A stretch of 64,000 bases of DNA from Octopus vulgaris (Eukaryota): positions 34,410,001 through 34,474,000 of the forward strand of contig OX597828.1 of the NCBI GenBank assembly GCA_951406725.2, in the 5' to 3' direction. A program made the position numbers and the translations under genes. Below, piece after piece: positions 1-12,671 of the stretch. A model generated the notes under the pieces. The model was not told where the DNA came from. It did not search any database and saw nothing but the letters and a program-made list of their open reading frames with translations. Numbering within the stretch: the stretch's first letter is position 1; each line of letters opens with the position of its first letter.

Positions 1-252
1 GTAGGAGAAAGTGTGGTGGTAATAGCAAGAGTAAACCACTTGAAATGTGAGAGGCAAATCGTAAAATATTGAGTTTTCTCGAATTTTTGCTTAATTGGGG
101 GTCAAATTGAAAAAAACTTGATATGCCATGACCCAATCGAATCTACTTGGAAAAAATCATAGGTAAATTCCAATTGAAGAAATTCTATATTGTAGAATTG
201 TATTAAAAAGAAACATGGGAACAGAGAAAATCTGCCTTTTATCATAAGAGAT
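1..252 (-). mobile_element. Possible Helitron-like element 5' end, cut by the window edge
   Basis: Minus strand starts A|TCTCTTATGATAAAAGGCAGA next to a (TA)n tract, resembling TC-initiated Helitron 5' ends. The other end is not visible. Confidence 0.3.
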
Positions 253-351
253 ATACATATGTATATATATATATGTATATATATGTGTATATATATGTAT
301 GTATATATGTATATATGTATATAAATGTATATATATACATATATATATATG

Positions 352-382
<31 letters not shown>

Positions 383-595
383 GTATATGTATATATATAC
401 CTATATATATAGGTATATATATATATATGTATATACATATACATATATATATATACATACACATACATAATATATAATATATATTATATATATATTATAT
501 ATATATATATAATATATACATACATACATATATATATATAAATATATATATGTATATATATGTATATATATATATATATATATGTATATACATAT

Positions 596-674
<79 letters not shown>

Positions 675-675
675 C
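253..675. repeat. (TA)n/(TATG)n microsatellite
   Basis: Seen directly; source of the YI-repeat ORFs. Confidence 0.95.
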
Positions 676-2701
676 ATTGAATGACTTAACAGGAAAATCA
701 TTTGAAAAATATGTGTTAGTGACAGAGTCAGTATTGATCCTGCGACGTAATATCCATCCCCGCTTAAACGTGGATGTTCTGTCAGAACAAACTATACTGC
801 GGTAGATATCACGAGAGAAACTTTCGTATTAGCTTTTTGCTGTAAAATGCTCTCGTTTGTATCGCCACCGGAGAGATAAGCCTCCAGCGACAATGACAGG
901 ACCAAAGAAGGTCGAAATCAGCGATCTGGTTGCCTCGGTGCTGGACATGGCGAGGTTTTATATCCCATTTATCGATATAATAAAACAGTGCGGTTTGGAC
1001 CAAATGCCAGTATGCGAGTTTCTCCCATAGTGTCAACTGTAGCAAAGTGTGTACTGCAGTAAAGTTTGTTCTAAGAGAACGTCCACATTTTAATGGAGAT
1101 ACTTATTATCAGTTGATAAAATAAATTAGTCACCTGACATTAAACAAAGGCTGCAAAGAGAAAGAAAGAAAATGTATGGCATCTTTTACTTTATTGTCTA
1201 TATATTTAAACGATTGAAGTGACATGTGTACTGCTCTTCCATTTGTACGTCTTTGACATATGAATTTTCGTTCCTCCATTCTGTCTTCTGCACTTATATA
1301 ACATCAATAGACAAGTTGGAAAATGTTTTTCCTATTTGTAGTCTTAAGAAAGACAACGGTTATACACGTTTCGCGGGCCCGGCGGACAAAATGGAAAAGG
1401 CGTTGCTCTGGAGGATGGCGAGAGAGACTGATGGGGCTCGCACTTGCGAATAGCCATCTCCGAATAGCAGGGGTGTAGTCCGGGGGCCAAAAAAGCTGTA
1501 GGTCTCCACTTTCATACAAGTTTGACAACAAAAGCATCCTTCTTCTTTAAAGGTGTTCTTTGATTGATCTTTGCTTGTTGTTTCTAGCAGGCTGAGCAAC
1601 TTTCTTTTACACATGCATGCCAACCTTGCTTGTACGTACGTACCAACTCGCTTGGAGCAAAGTGAATCTGAATTTGGGTTCTTGGAGAAGAGGACGCAAA
1701 TCCTTAATTCATACACTACAAATGATCACAATATCTGGGACGATAAAAAGGTCCAAGACCTTCTTAATCTTTAAAGGATAATGAGCGATTCAAGATGCTT
1801 TCCTTCACAACCTTGCTACCAAGCTGGTGGCCGTCAAAATTTAAAAGAGAAAGAGAACACATAGTTAGTTACTTAAGCAACTTCACTCTCTATGGAGCCC
1901 AGGACATCGAGAGCTTTTCTCCACTCTTCTTGACTTTCTTGCCTCTTCACAGTCTTTGTGGTTTTGAATTGTCATCGATATTTCTGTAACTTTACTTTCT
2001 TTTTCTAGTTAGTGATGTTGATCCTACGCAAAGCCATTTTTATTTGTGAGAAAACGTGATCCAATATAGTCTGTTCTCTATCCTTTAACGTGCTCAGCAT
2101 GGATGGCCTTACCAAAAGCTTGACTTATACTCTGTTGGAATTGCTCTGTGGGTCATTAAGGCAAACAAGCCACTGCACCACATTAAGGGCAGGATACTGC
2201 GGTGGGGTTCGTAAAAAATGTGCGGCTCGTAGTCAGTGGATCTGACATATATTTTGCATTTAACGATTGTTAAATCAGCCTGGCCTTTTGCCACAAGAGG
2301 TTTAGGTGTTCGACAGAGGTAAATGTCTCATTGACATCTGGGGGAAAAGAGAACAGTTATGGTGAACTAATGAGAAAGTTACAGCTCTTATATTCAGGTT
2401 GAATAAATTTTTTTTATTTGTACTTATGACTTTTACATTTGGCTGTGTAACCACAGATTTGCATAAAAGCCTAGAAATGGTGGGAATCTTGGTGAAAGAA
2501 CAAAGTAAAAAGATTCGCATCCTTCAAATACAATCGATTAGTGGTACAGTGAAAATCTGTAAATGGAATCTCCATTTGATGTTCATGTCATGAACATATG
2601 CAAACAATCACATGCGGAAATCACGCGCGCGCGCGCGCGCGCACGCACACACGCACGCACATACACTAAAGTGACGAAAGCACTCTCTACATGATCTCAA
2701 G

Positions 2702-2705
<4 letters not shown>

Positions 2706-2757
<52 letters not shown>

Positions 2758-2759
2758 CC

Positions 2760-2800
<41 letters not shown>

Positions 2801-2847
2801 GTCTATCTATCTATCTATTTACCTATCTATCTATTTATCTATCTATC
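2706..2847. repeat. (ATCT)n/(GTCT)n microsatellite, 5' flank of the Tx1 array
   Basis: Seen directly. Confidence 0.95.
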
Positions 2848-3403
2848 AAGAAGGAAGGACTATTTTCATCATACTTGTGGCTATGGCGAAAGAATCTATC
2901 TGGTGGACGCGTCTGAAAGGATTAGAGACCAACACTTTCCTCTTTAGTCAATCTCTTATCAACGTCTTCAAGTATCACTTGAAAAGGAAAGTGAGAGTAG
3001 AGAGGCAAGAATGTTTCAAAAAAGGATGGGTGAATGTAGCAAGGATGGTACGTATGAATGAGCATAATCCTATGAACCCGGAAAAATTTAAAACAGTGTT
3101 ACTTATAAATAAATGTGTTAGCATGTGACATTATTGACCGAGGTTACTTATAAATAAATGTGTTAGCATGTGACATTATTGACCGTGGTCTTTTCCGTAG
3201 GCTTCTCCTTCCACGGATAAACCTTATCTATTTCCCCCTTTACAACATGACATTTCTGTGATACACGATCCCTACTGATCGCTTTTTTTACGATCCCTTT
3301 TGATCGAATACCTACCCCCCCACTTTTTTTTTCTCCCCCAAAAGAAAAGCTCTACTTTGTATTTTGTCCCTTCTGTGTTTAGCCTTGCGTGGCCAATAAA
3401 GAA

Positions 3404-3404
<1 letters not shown>
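2848..3404 (+). mobile_element. Tx1-clade LINE, 5'-truncated copy 1 (ORF2 C-terminus and 3' UTR)
   Basis: [28 protein letters not shown]...[12 protein letters not shown] is homologous to copies 2-4. Ends AATAAAGAAAT then (ATCT)n. Internal tandem duplication at 3098-3140/3143-3185. Confidence 0.85.
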
Positions 3405-3481
<77 letters not shown>

Positions 3482-3496
3482 ATCTATCTATCTATC

Positions 3497-4898
3497 GAGA
3501 CCCTTCGACATCGCACGTTCGGTCCGTCAGGGATGCCCCCTCTCGTCGCTTCTATACGTATTGACTCTCGAGCCATTATTGCGGAAGCTGGCAACCTTGA
3601 TGGCATCCCGCGAGAACTGGGATGCGGGACGAGCGTGTCTGCATACGCGGACGACGTCACCGTCATAGTGTCTAGCCACGAGCACATCGAGCAGGTCGGC
3701 GAGACACTGAAAAACTACGAAGCGGTGACAGGAGCGAAAATCAACCGGGAAAAGTCAGTGGGCTTGCGACTAGGCACCTGGAGAAGCAAGCCCATGCCGT
3801 CCACCAGCGCCTCCGTCGTGGGACGCTGGACCGACGGCCCGGTTGAGTTGCTTGGGGTCTGGTTTGGTCCGGACCTCCAAGTGGAGAAGAACTGGAACGA
3901 GATAACGAGTAGGGTGATCACTCTCGCCCGGCAATGGGCCGAGAGGAAACTGTCCCTAAAAGGTCGGGCGGAGGTGGCGAACACGTACATCGCGTCCGTC
4001 ATCTACTACCGCCTGACCGTCGTACCTTGTCCCGACCCTACCATCACCAAACTACAACGCATTCTCTTTCGCTTCTTGTGGAAAGGATGCGTCCCGATGG
4101 TCAGGCGATCCATTTGCTGTCAACACCCGTTAAAAGGAGGGCTGGGCATGCCGTGGTTGATGATGCGCAGACACGCGCTGAGACTGCGACATCTCTGGCT
4201 CTACGTAGACGACGGTGAACAGGTGTGGTCACGCCTCCCTCCTTCAAACGGGAAGGAAGAGCTATTTTCATCATCCTTGTGGCTATGGCGAAAGAATGTA
4301 TCTGGTGGACGCGTCTGAAAGGATTGGAGACAAACACTTTCCTCTCTGGTCAATCTCTCATCAACTTCTTCAAGTACCACTTGAAAAGGAAAGTGAGAGT
4401 AGAGAGGCAAGTTTTGTCTAGCGAATGTTTTAAAAAAAGATGGGTGAATGTAGCAAGAATGGCACGTATGAATGACGAAGCCACCTTGAGCATGATCCTA
4501 TGAACCCAGAAATTGAAAACAGAGAGTTGCTTATTTGCAAAAAAAAAAAAAAAAAAAGAAATATAACATGTGACTCCATTGACCAAGGTTACCGTGGTCT
4601 TTTCCGTAGGCTTTTCTTTCCACGGGTAAACCTCACCTGTCCTCCCCTTTACACTTCATATTGACATTTCTGTGATAACGATCCCTATTGATCAATTTTT
4701 TTTTTTCTCTCCCCCTTTTTTTTTAACCCCCCCTTTTTTTAACCCCCCTTTTTTTGTCCTCTTTCTCTCCTTTTACGATCCCTTTTGATCGAAACTCCCC
4801 CTTCCTTTTTTTTTTTTTTTTTTAAACCTTCAAAAGAAAAGCTCTACCTTGTAATTTGTTCTATCTGTGTGCAGCCCTGTGTGGCTAATAAAGAAACA
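3497..4898 (+). mobile_element. Tx1-clade LINE copy 2 (RT domain to 3' end; frameshifted, internally deleted)
   Basis: RT motifs VRQGCPLS and AYADDVT, then KINREKS, LSLKGRAEV, FLWKG and GGLGMP, typical of L1/Tx1 ORF2. 1-bp frameshift near 3600, deletion near 4231, stop at 4501-4503. (ATCT)n on both sides. Confidence 0.9.
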
Positions 4899-4930
<32 letters not shown>

Positions 4931-4931
<1 letters not shown>

Positions 4932-5462
4932 GAGTCTATCGTCAATATTGTCACGCCTCCTTCCTTCAAACGGGAAGGAAGAGCTATTTTCATCATCCTT
5001 GTGGCTATGGCGAAAGAATGTATCTGGTGGACGCGTCTGAAAGGATTGGAGACAAACACTTTCCTCTCTGGTCAATCTCTCATCAACTTCTTCAAGTACC
5101 ACTTGAAAAGGAAAGTGAGAGTAGAGAGGCAAGTTTTGTCTAGCGAATGTTTTAAAAAAAGATGGGTGAATGTAGCAAGAATGGCACGTATGAATGACGA
5201 AGCCACCTTGAGCCACTTCATATTGACATTTCTGTGATAACGATCCCTATTGATCAATTTTTTTTTTTTTTTTTTTTTTCCTCTCCCCCTTTTTTTTAAC
5301 CCCCCTTTTTTTTGTCCTCTTTCTCTCCTTTTACGATCCCTTTTGATCGAAACTCCCCCTTCCTTTTTTTTTTTTTTTTTTTTTTTTAAACCTTCAAAAG
5401 AAAAGCTCTACCTTGTAATTTGTTCTATCTGTGTGCAGCCCTGTGTGGCTAATAAAGAAACA
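4931..5462 (+). mobile_element. Tx1-clade LINE copy 3 (3' fragment)
   Basis: Near-identical to 4231-4898 apart from a ~160-bp deletion at ~5213. (ATCT)n on both sides. Confidence 0.9.
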
Positions 5463-5502
<40 letters not shown>

Positions 5503-5503
5503 A

Positions 5504-5537
<34 letters not shown>

Positions 5538-5563
5538 TTATATACCTATCAATCTATCTATCA

Positions 5564-5594
<31 letters not shown>

Positions 5595-5624
5595 CATCCA
5601 TCCATCCATCCATCCACCCACCCA

Positions 5625-5655
<31 letters not shown>

Positions 5656-5665
5656 GCCTGACTGC

Positions 5666-5732
<67 letters not shown>

Positions 5733-5756
5733 CCTATCTATCTATCTATCTATCTA
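5463..5756. repeat. (ATCT)n/(ATCC)n/(GTCT)n compound microsatellite
   Basis: Seen directly. Confidence 0.95.
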
Positions 5757-5840
5757 ACCAAGCTAGCTACCTTGCGAGCTAGCTCGCTGTATATTTAATC
5801 ATATTAATTTTAGTGTATACTGTTTAGTTTATTTTAGTTT

Positions 5841-6058
5841 AAGGCGGTCAGAAGGCAGAATCGTTAGCACACGGGGCAACATGCTTAGCGGCATTTCACC
5901 CGTCGTTACATTCTGAGTAAAAATTCCGCAGAGGTCGACTTTGCCTTTCTTCCTTTCGAGGTTGAGAAAATAATTACCAGTTTAATGCTGGGGGTCTATG
6001 TAATCGACTTGTCCTTTCCCTCGAACTCACTGGTCTTGTGTGCCAAAATTTGGAATCA
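5841..6058 (+). mobile_element. SINE family A (tRNA head, MetaSINE-like central domain)
   Basis: AAGGCGG..GGCAGAATCGTTAGCAC head and GAGGTCGACTTTGCCTTTC.TCCTTTCG.GGT core, shared with more than 15 copies in the window. Confidence 0.85.
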
Positions 6059-6129
6059 TTATTGTAAGTTTATACATCTGTCAAATTCATTTCGCTACAC
6101 ACAGAGGAAGTTGAGCAGAGAATCTGCCT

Positions 6130-6779
6130 CAAATTTTGCCAAAAGCTTCGCGATACCGGCCCAGAAGCCTACGCAAAGTTTTCAAAAAAATTTCATAGTT
6201 TTCAACACAATCAAGATCTTGTGCAACTGAAACCCGTGTGTCCTCTTAATCAGCTGAAAGCTGTTTTTGGCACAAACTTGGTAGGCACGCGTCTCATACC
6301 GAAATCTTCAGTGATAATGGACTGAACTGAACCGTAACTAATTCGCACATTCTATTATAACTCACGGGTGATGATTCGACGATTTCCCCTCACAGCTGCA
6401 CGTACATCTGCACTGTTTTCTCAGTTCTGTTGGTTGCGAGTCTCCCAGAACGTTCGTCACTATCGACATTTTGTCGGCCATCTTGGAAATGTCTGACCCA
6501 CACGTACACTTGTGTACAGCACATACATTCCTCTCCATTTGCGCAGGCCTCTGAGCATGTGGCGCCATGACAATTTTCTGTGAGGGAATGTATGTAATCA
6601 CACGCTACACACCTTCCTTCCAAGCACTGCTGTAAACAGCAGAAGTGTGCTAGAACGGTAAAACTTAGTGCGCATGCAAAGCAGAGTTCAAGGTCAATCT
6701 GTACGAAGCAGCTTTACTTTGCATGCTTTAGCTTCGTTACTACGGCAACAGTCCGGATACTTATTGATCGAACCTCGTA
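6130..6779 (-). mobile_element. Decayed mariner transposon, 5' part
   Basis: End TACGAGGTTCGATCAATAAGTATCCGG. Translation GEECMCCTQVYVWVRHFQDGRQNVDSDERSGR (HTH region) and EDFGMRRVPTKFVPK (WVPR-like linker), with frameshifts. Confidence 0.85.
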
Positions 6780-7077
6780 TATACATATATTTTGTTGCGC
6801 CTGGGGCGAGTCAAATTACCTTAATACCGAAGACACCCGTTCAATTTCCAATAATTTATTATTCATATATATGCATGATACATACACATACATTCCCTCA
6901 CAGACAAACACTCACACGCATACATACACACATACACACAGAGATATATATTGGGCGTGTGTGCCTGCGACATTGAATTGACATGATATGAATATGGATT
7001 TGTATTTGGTGTCGCTTAATCGCCACAAGTCACATACAGACTTGCATCTCTTTAAAATAGGGAGCATAAATACAAAC

Positions 7078-7155
7078 TGCTTCTTTTATAGCCCCAGGCC
7101 GACCCAAGTCTTATGAGTGGATTTGGAAAAGAGAACCTGAAAGAAGCCAGTCGCA

Positions 7156-7191
<36 letters not shown>

Positions 7192-7442
7192 TACACACTC
7201 ACACACACACATCTGTGTGCGTGTCTTTGAGCTTGTCCACCACCCCCGCTTGACAACTGGTGTTGGTTTGTTTACGTCCCCGTAACCTAGCGGTTCGACA
7301 TAAGAAACCGATAGAATAAATATCAGGTTTGAAAAAAAAAAAAAAGTACTGGCGTAGATTCGTTCGACTAAAACTCTTCCCGGCAGTGCCCCAGCATGGC
7401 CGCAGTCTAATGACAGGAACAAGTAAAAGATAAAAGATAAAA
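7078..7442 (+). mobile_element. SINE family B (internal CA/TG microsatellite), 5'-truncated
   Basis: GAGTGGATTTGG...GCTTGACAAC..GTTTACGTCCCCGTAAC..CAGCATGGCCGCAGTC tail, as in other family B copies. Confidence 0.85.
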
Positions 7443-7717
7443 CACACACACACACATAATTGACTTGCTGCCACGGAATTGCCGGCCTTGTGCCAAAATT
7501 TGAAATCAATTTACTTACATCCATACACACACGCATGCGCGCTCACATATATACACATGTACACAGATATACAAATACAGGAATACTCTACACGCACGAT
7601 CATAATGATACCGAAGTAGATCCGCTCACACATTCACTTAGAAACTTGCATACATATATACACACTAAACATACCATGCAATGATAAATAGACACACACA
7701 CACACACACATAAACCT

Positions 7718-7745
<28 letters not shown>

Positions 7746-7748
<3 letters not shown>

Positions 7749-8592
7749 GGGTGCGGTGAATAAACTGTCGTTTAAATTACGTAATAATGAAAATAACAAC
7801 TGACATCTCATTTTAACAGATATATTTACCAAAATTACATAAAAATATCTTGAAATATTAAAGAGTAAATTTATTGAATAAAATCAGCCACGGCCTCCAG
7901 ACGACTACAGAATCTCCTGCAACTCTTCTAGATGGTCTCCTTGTTTAAGTTGGTGAATGCTGCCATAATCCTTGCCTTCAGTTTATCTTCGGTGTTACAA
8001 GGGATTTTGTTGGTCTTTTGCTCAACTGCGCCCCCCCACATAATAATCAAGGGGGTTGCAGTCTGGGGAGTTAGGTAGCTAGATGTTAAGGGTGATGTGG
8101 TCGCAAAAATTGTCTAACAGCCATGACTAGGTTCACCTGCTTGTGTGGCATGGGGCAGAGTCCTGTTGCCAGACATAGGGTCTTTCAGCAGCCACACTCC
8201 TCATCCAGGGCAGCGCTACCTCTTCCAGGCACTTGCTGCAGACCTCCGTGTCGAGTTTGAGGCCGTGTGGGAAGATGAATGGAGGCATAACGTCGCCATC
8301 ACTAGTGATCACTCCAAATACCATGAAGTTGACTGGATGTTTGATTTATATCACTCTCCGTACTTCTCCTCAAATTGCACTGTCCTCATACTGAAACCAA
8401 ACACTCTGAAATGTTAGTATTGGAGTTTCCGGCGCGAATACCAAACAGTACAACATGTTTCCAAATTTCTGGCAGAGTGAATTGCGTCATGGTGCTGTTA
8501 ATCTCATAGACAGTGCCCAACTGACCCAACTATACTGTGTAATCGACAAAATCAAAAGCAAACAATGCGCATGCGCGAAATAAAAAGTATAA
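7746..8592 (-). mobile_element. DD37D (maT-type Tc1/mariner) transposon, internally deleted, pseudogenised transposase
   Basis: WQQDSAPCH...SPDCNPLDYY with exactly 37 codons (three of them stops) between the last two Asp. ATG at 8490 (MTQFTLPEIW). One TIR-like end TATAGGGTGCGGTGAATAAA; the other end is replaced by the next element. Confidence 0.9.
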
Positions 8593-9144
8593 TTTGAGGC
8601 CAAATTTCTTGTTTTGTTTTTGCTGACCTGTTCTTGTTACCACTTTTACCCCTCCGCAAAAAATCCCAAATTTTACTTAATTTGCTTTGCGGGAAGGACT
8701 GTTTCAATGAAGTCGCGTCTTGCCCTTACCTTCGAAAACGCGGAGTAGCCGAAACAGGGACAACCGAAGAAGGGGAATATTCCTTGTGTTGTATGTCTTG
8801 TACTCTGTTTTTTCGTTGTTTGAAAAAAAGTCTGTTTCCATGTTTTTATTTTTATGTTTTCGTTTCTCATTGTGTTCAACGTTTTTTTGGTGTCCTGTAC
8901 ACATGTATGCATGTGTATATACATATAGATGTAGGTATGTACATATATGTATGTATATATGCATATGTTTTATATATTATTTTGTTATTATATATATATA
9001 TGTATATGTGTGTATGTCTGTGTGTGTGTGTGTGTATACTTGCATATATGGATACAGGACATCACCAACGGTGCAAATAACATGAAATACGTAAACAAAC
9101 GAGTTAAATACAAAAACGAGAAAACAATGGTAAACAAGACAAAC

Positions 9145-9146
<2 letters not shown>
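8593..9146. mobile_element. Unclassified repeat pair in inverted orientation around a TA/TG tract (possibly Penelope-derived)
   Basis: Left arm ends TGGTGTCCTGTAC (8888-8900) and right arm begins GATACAGGACATCACCA (9051-9067). T-rich and A-rich arms mirror each other. Confidence 0.4.
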
Positions 9147-9188
<42 letters not shown>

Positions 9189-9250
9189 GGATGCATATGA
9201 ATACGTACATACACGGACACATATATATGCATGCATATAAACAAAAGTCT

Positions 9251-9574
9251 GGTACTCCGTCGGTTACGACGACGAGGGCTCCAGTTGATTCGATCAACGG
9301 AACAGCATGCTCGTGAAGTTAAAGTGCAAGTGGCTGAGTACTCCACAGACATGCGTACTCTTCACATAGTTCTCAGGCAGATTCGTGGTGACACAGAATG
9401 TGAGAAGGCTGGCTCTCATCTAATTACGGGTACAGCTCATTCTTGCCAGCTGAGTGAACTGGAGCAACGTGAAATAAAGTGTCTTGCTCAAGGAGACAGT
9501 GCGCCGGCACGAATCGAACTCGCAACCTTTCGATCGTGAACCGAATATCCTAACCACGAAGTTGTACGCCTTCA
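9251..9574 (-). mobile_element. SINE family C (tRNA head, CORE-like and Nin-like segments)
   Basis: Minus strand has GTGGTTAGG (box A region), GAGTTCGATTC (box B), CCTTGAGCAAGACACTTTA and CACTTGCACTTTAA. Five copies in the window. Confidence 0.85.
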
Positions 9575-10513
9575 CATACATATATATATATATGAATACA
9601 TACATATACACACATACGCACTAGCTCACACACACACGCACACGCACACACGCATACACACACATGAGCACACGCACATACACACACCCACCCACACGCA
9701 CATACACACACACGCATATGCACACACGCACATATACACACCCACCTACACGCACATGCATACCCATCCACACGCACATATACACACACACGCGTATACA
9801 CACACACACACACATACGTGCGCACCCCACCCACCCACGTCTTTAGCTATATCAGCCTGATTTAGCTAAAGACGTGTGTGTGTGTGTGTGTCTTTCAGTC
9901 ATATTTCAACACTTCACTTTCTCTCCCTATCTTCCCCCTCTCACACTACTTCTCTCTCATCCCCCTCTCTCTCTTCTCATCAACTCACCTCCCTCTATTC
10001 CTCATTCCTCCTCTGCCAACTCTTTACTCCCTCACTCAATTTCTCTCCCCCCTCTCTCTCTTCTCATCGTCTCTCTCTTTCTTTATAACTTTCTGCTGTT
10101 AAGTTTGTTGTCTTCGTCAAGAAAACCGTTCGCCCGACAGTCATTTTACTCTTGTTTTATTTTCAATTTTTTTTGCCTTGTTACTTTTATAAAAAAAAGA
10201 ATTATTAATGATTTTCATATCGTTATAAAATATAGACGTTGTGGTTGACTGCACGGAAATAATGACTGCTCCCCCACAGCTACGGACCGCCATTTCCACT
10301 ACCATCATCATTATCATCATCATCATCATCATCATCATCACTATCATCACTACCAGAACCACCACCATCACCACCACTATCACCACCACCATCATCATCC
10401 CCAATGATATCACTGCTACGACCATTAGCGCATCTACTGACTTCAGCTCGCTCTACCATTACTACGACGATCGCTGTCAGCTTTAACACTACCACCTCTG
10501 CTACAATCTCACC

Positions 10514-11118
10514 GCACCACCACCACCACCACCACCACCACCACCACCACCACCACCACCACCACCACCACCACCACCACCACCACCACCACCACACCAC
10601 CACCACCACCACCACCACAACCACCACCACCACCACCACCACAAACACCACCACCACCACAACCACCACTACCACCACAACCACCACCGCCACCACCGCC
10701 ACCACCACCACCACCACAACAACCACCACCACAACCACCACCACCACCACCACCACCACCACCACCACCACCACCACCACAACCACCACCACCACCACCA
10801 CCACCACAACCACCACCACCACCACCACCACCACCACCACAACCACCACCACCACACACCACAACCACCACCACCACCACCACAACCACCGCCACCACCA
10901 CAACCACCACTACCACCACAACCACCACCGCCACCACCGCCACCACCACCACCACCACAACCACCACCACCACCACCACAACCACCACCACCACCACAAC
11001 CACCACTACCACCACAACCACCACAACCACCACCACCACCACCACCACCACCACAACCACCACCACTACCACCACCACCACCACCACCACCACAACCACC
11101 ACTAACAACACCACCACC
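10514..11118. repeat. (CAC)n trinucleotide expansion
   Basis: Seen directly; source of the poly-H/T/V/W ORFs. Confidence 0.95.
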
Positions 11119-11369
11119 ATCGTCTTTACTATTATCATAATCGACATCATTGATTCAAATCACGGTCTTCGGCCATAGTCGTCACCATTTTCACAGCCAC
11201 CACCACCATAATAATAATAATAATAATAACATAATAATAATAATGACAAAAAGGCATCCTTGTTACACAATACCATCCCTTTCCTTCTTTTTTCCTACAT
11301 ATCCGACATCTTTAGTTTGAGTAAGAATTCGCGAGCTTCTGAGACAAGCTCTACGAAGACGATCGACTC

Positions 11370-11615
11370 GGCCAGCCAGAAATAGCAAACAAATAAATCT
11401 CCCTCAGACCACACTTTACTGTCCCTTTTATTTAAAAACTCAAAACAAACAACAAAACAACAACAACAACAACAGCAACAATAACAAAAGGATATAGAAG
11501 AGAATATAGTTTGGGGTAAACTGTCCGAAAAGACGGGACAGTCGTAAATGGAACACCTTTCGTTATAAATCCGTTCATTCAGGGCTGATCTGGGGTTAAA
11601 AGAACAACAGAACAA
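11370..11615 (+). mobile_element. Old interspersed repeat family E
   Basis: AGAAATAGCA..AAATCTCCCTC..CACAC and AAAAGACGGGA..AGGGCTGATCTGGGGTTAAA..AACAAC motifs recur near 11865-12085, 36140-36330, 37370-37520 and 61230-61300. Confidence 0.55.
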
Positions 11616-11725
11616 CAGGAATATAATAAAATCAACAAATTCTTCCCAAATATCTTTGGGAAAAGCATGAATGCCAACGCCTTTAGCTAGTCTTTTAGTC
11701 TTAGCAATCAAAGGAACCGCTGCAT

Positions 11726-11860
11726 TAGTCATGGGCAAACTGCGGCTTTCTGAATGGTACGCCGACGAAAAATTACCTTGAATCTTTTTTAGCACGGCCC
11801 GTCTGATGATGTGGCCATATCTCATGCGGTCCGCTTCTTGAAAAACATTGCCCATATCTG
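11726..11860. mobile_element. hAT-type MITE
   Basis: Ends TAGTCATGGGCAAA / TTGCCCATATCTG. 8-bp flanks CGCTGCAT / CACTACAT (6/8 match). Related copy at 20791-20900. Confidence 0.6.
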
Positions 11861-12621
11861 CACTACATGCTTAGAAATAGCAGCCAATTCTTTCTCGAAT
11901 CGCATTCTTCAGAGTTTTAAAAAAAAGACAAAACAGTTGGAAGTGCACATCGGACAATGTAGCTCAGGGTATGCTAAGCTTGAATAAATAGATAAGTGAA
12001 AAAATAAATAACTGACCTTTTAGTCATGGCGGGAACGCCTTTCATTATAGGTCTGCTTGATCAGAGCTGATAGGTGACTAAACACCACCGCCACCACCAC
12101 CACCGCCACCGCCACCACCACCGCCGCCACCACTACCGCCGCCACCACCACCGCCGCCACCACCACCGCGACTACCACGACCACGACCACGACCCTTCTC
12201 ACGACGACGACGACGACCACCACCACCACCACCACCACCACCACCAACAGCAACAACAACAGTAACAACGACAACCAGCAACAGCAACAGAGAAAACACA
12301 AATTTAAGAAATCAATGCGACCGTGGCCAATGTCTTTAGGAAAGATATGAGCGCCATAACCATCCATTATTCGCTTCAACTTAATGTATTGGCAATGGTG
12401 GTGGGAATGATGATGATGATGATGAAGATGGCGTCAATAGACACGAAGACATCAATCATCCATCTTTGATGACCTCAGGAAGAATATGCCCGCCATAACC
12501 TCTCGTTATTTTCTTGTTCTTACAAATGTCATCAAGTTGTGTTTATGCAACACATTTTTTGCTGCTAATTCCGTTAAACAGAATGAATGTCCCAGCAACG
12601 TAATTCAGTTTCTACACTTTC

Positions 12622-12667
<46 letters not shown>

Positions 12668-12671
<4 letters not shown>

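Noticed and set aside
3389-4318. Intact 309-aa reverse transcriptase gene
   Set aside because: The ORF start lies in the previous copy's UTR and microsatellite; the element is 5'-truncated, frameshifted and internally deleted.
10280-11150. Poly-His/Thr/Val ORFs
   Set aside because: (CAC)n microsatellite, with no splice or domain evidence.
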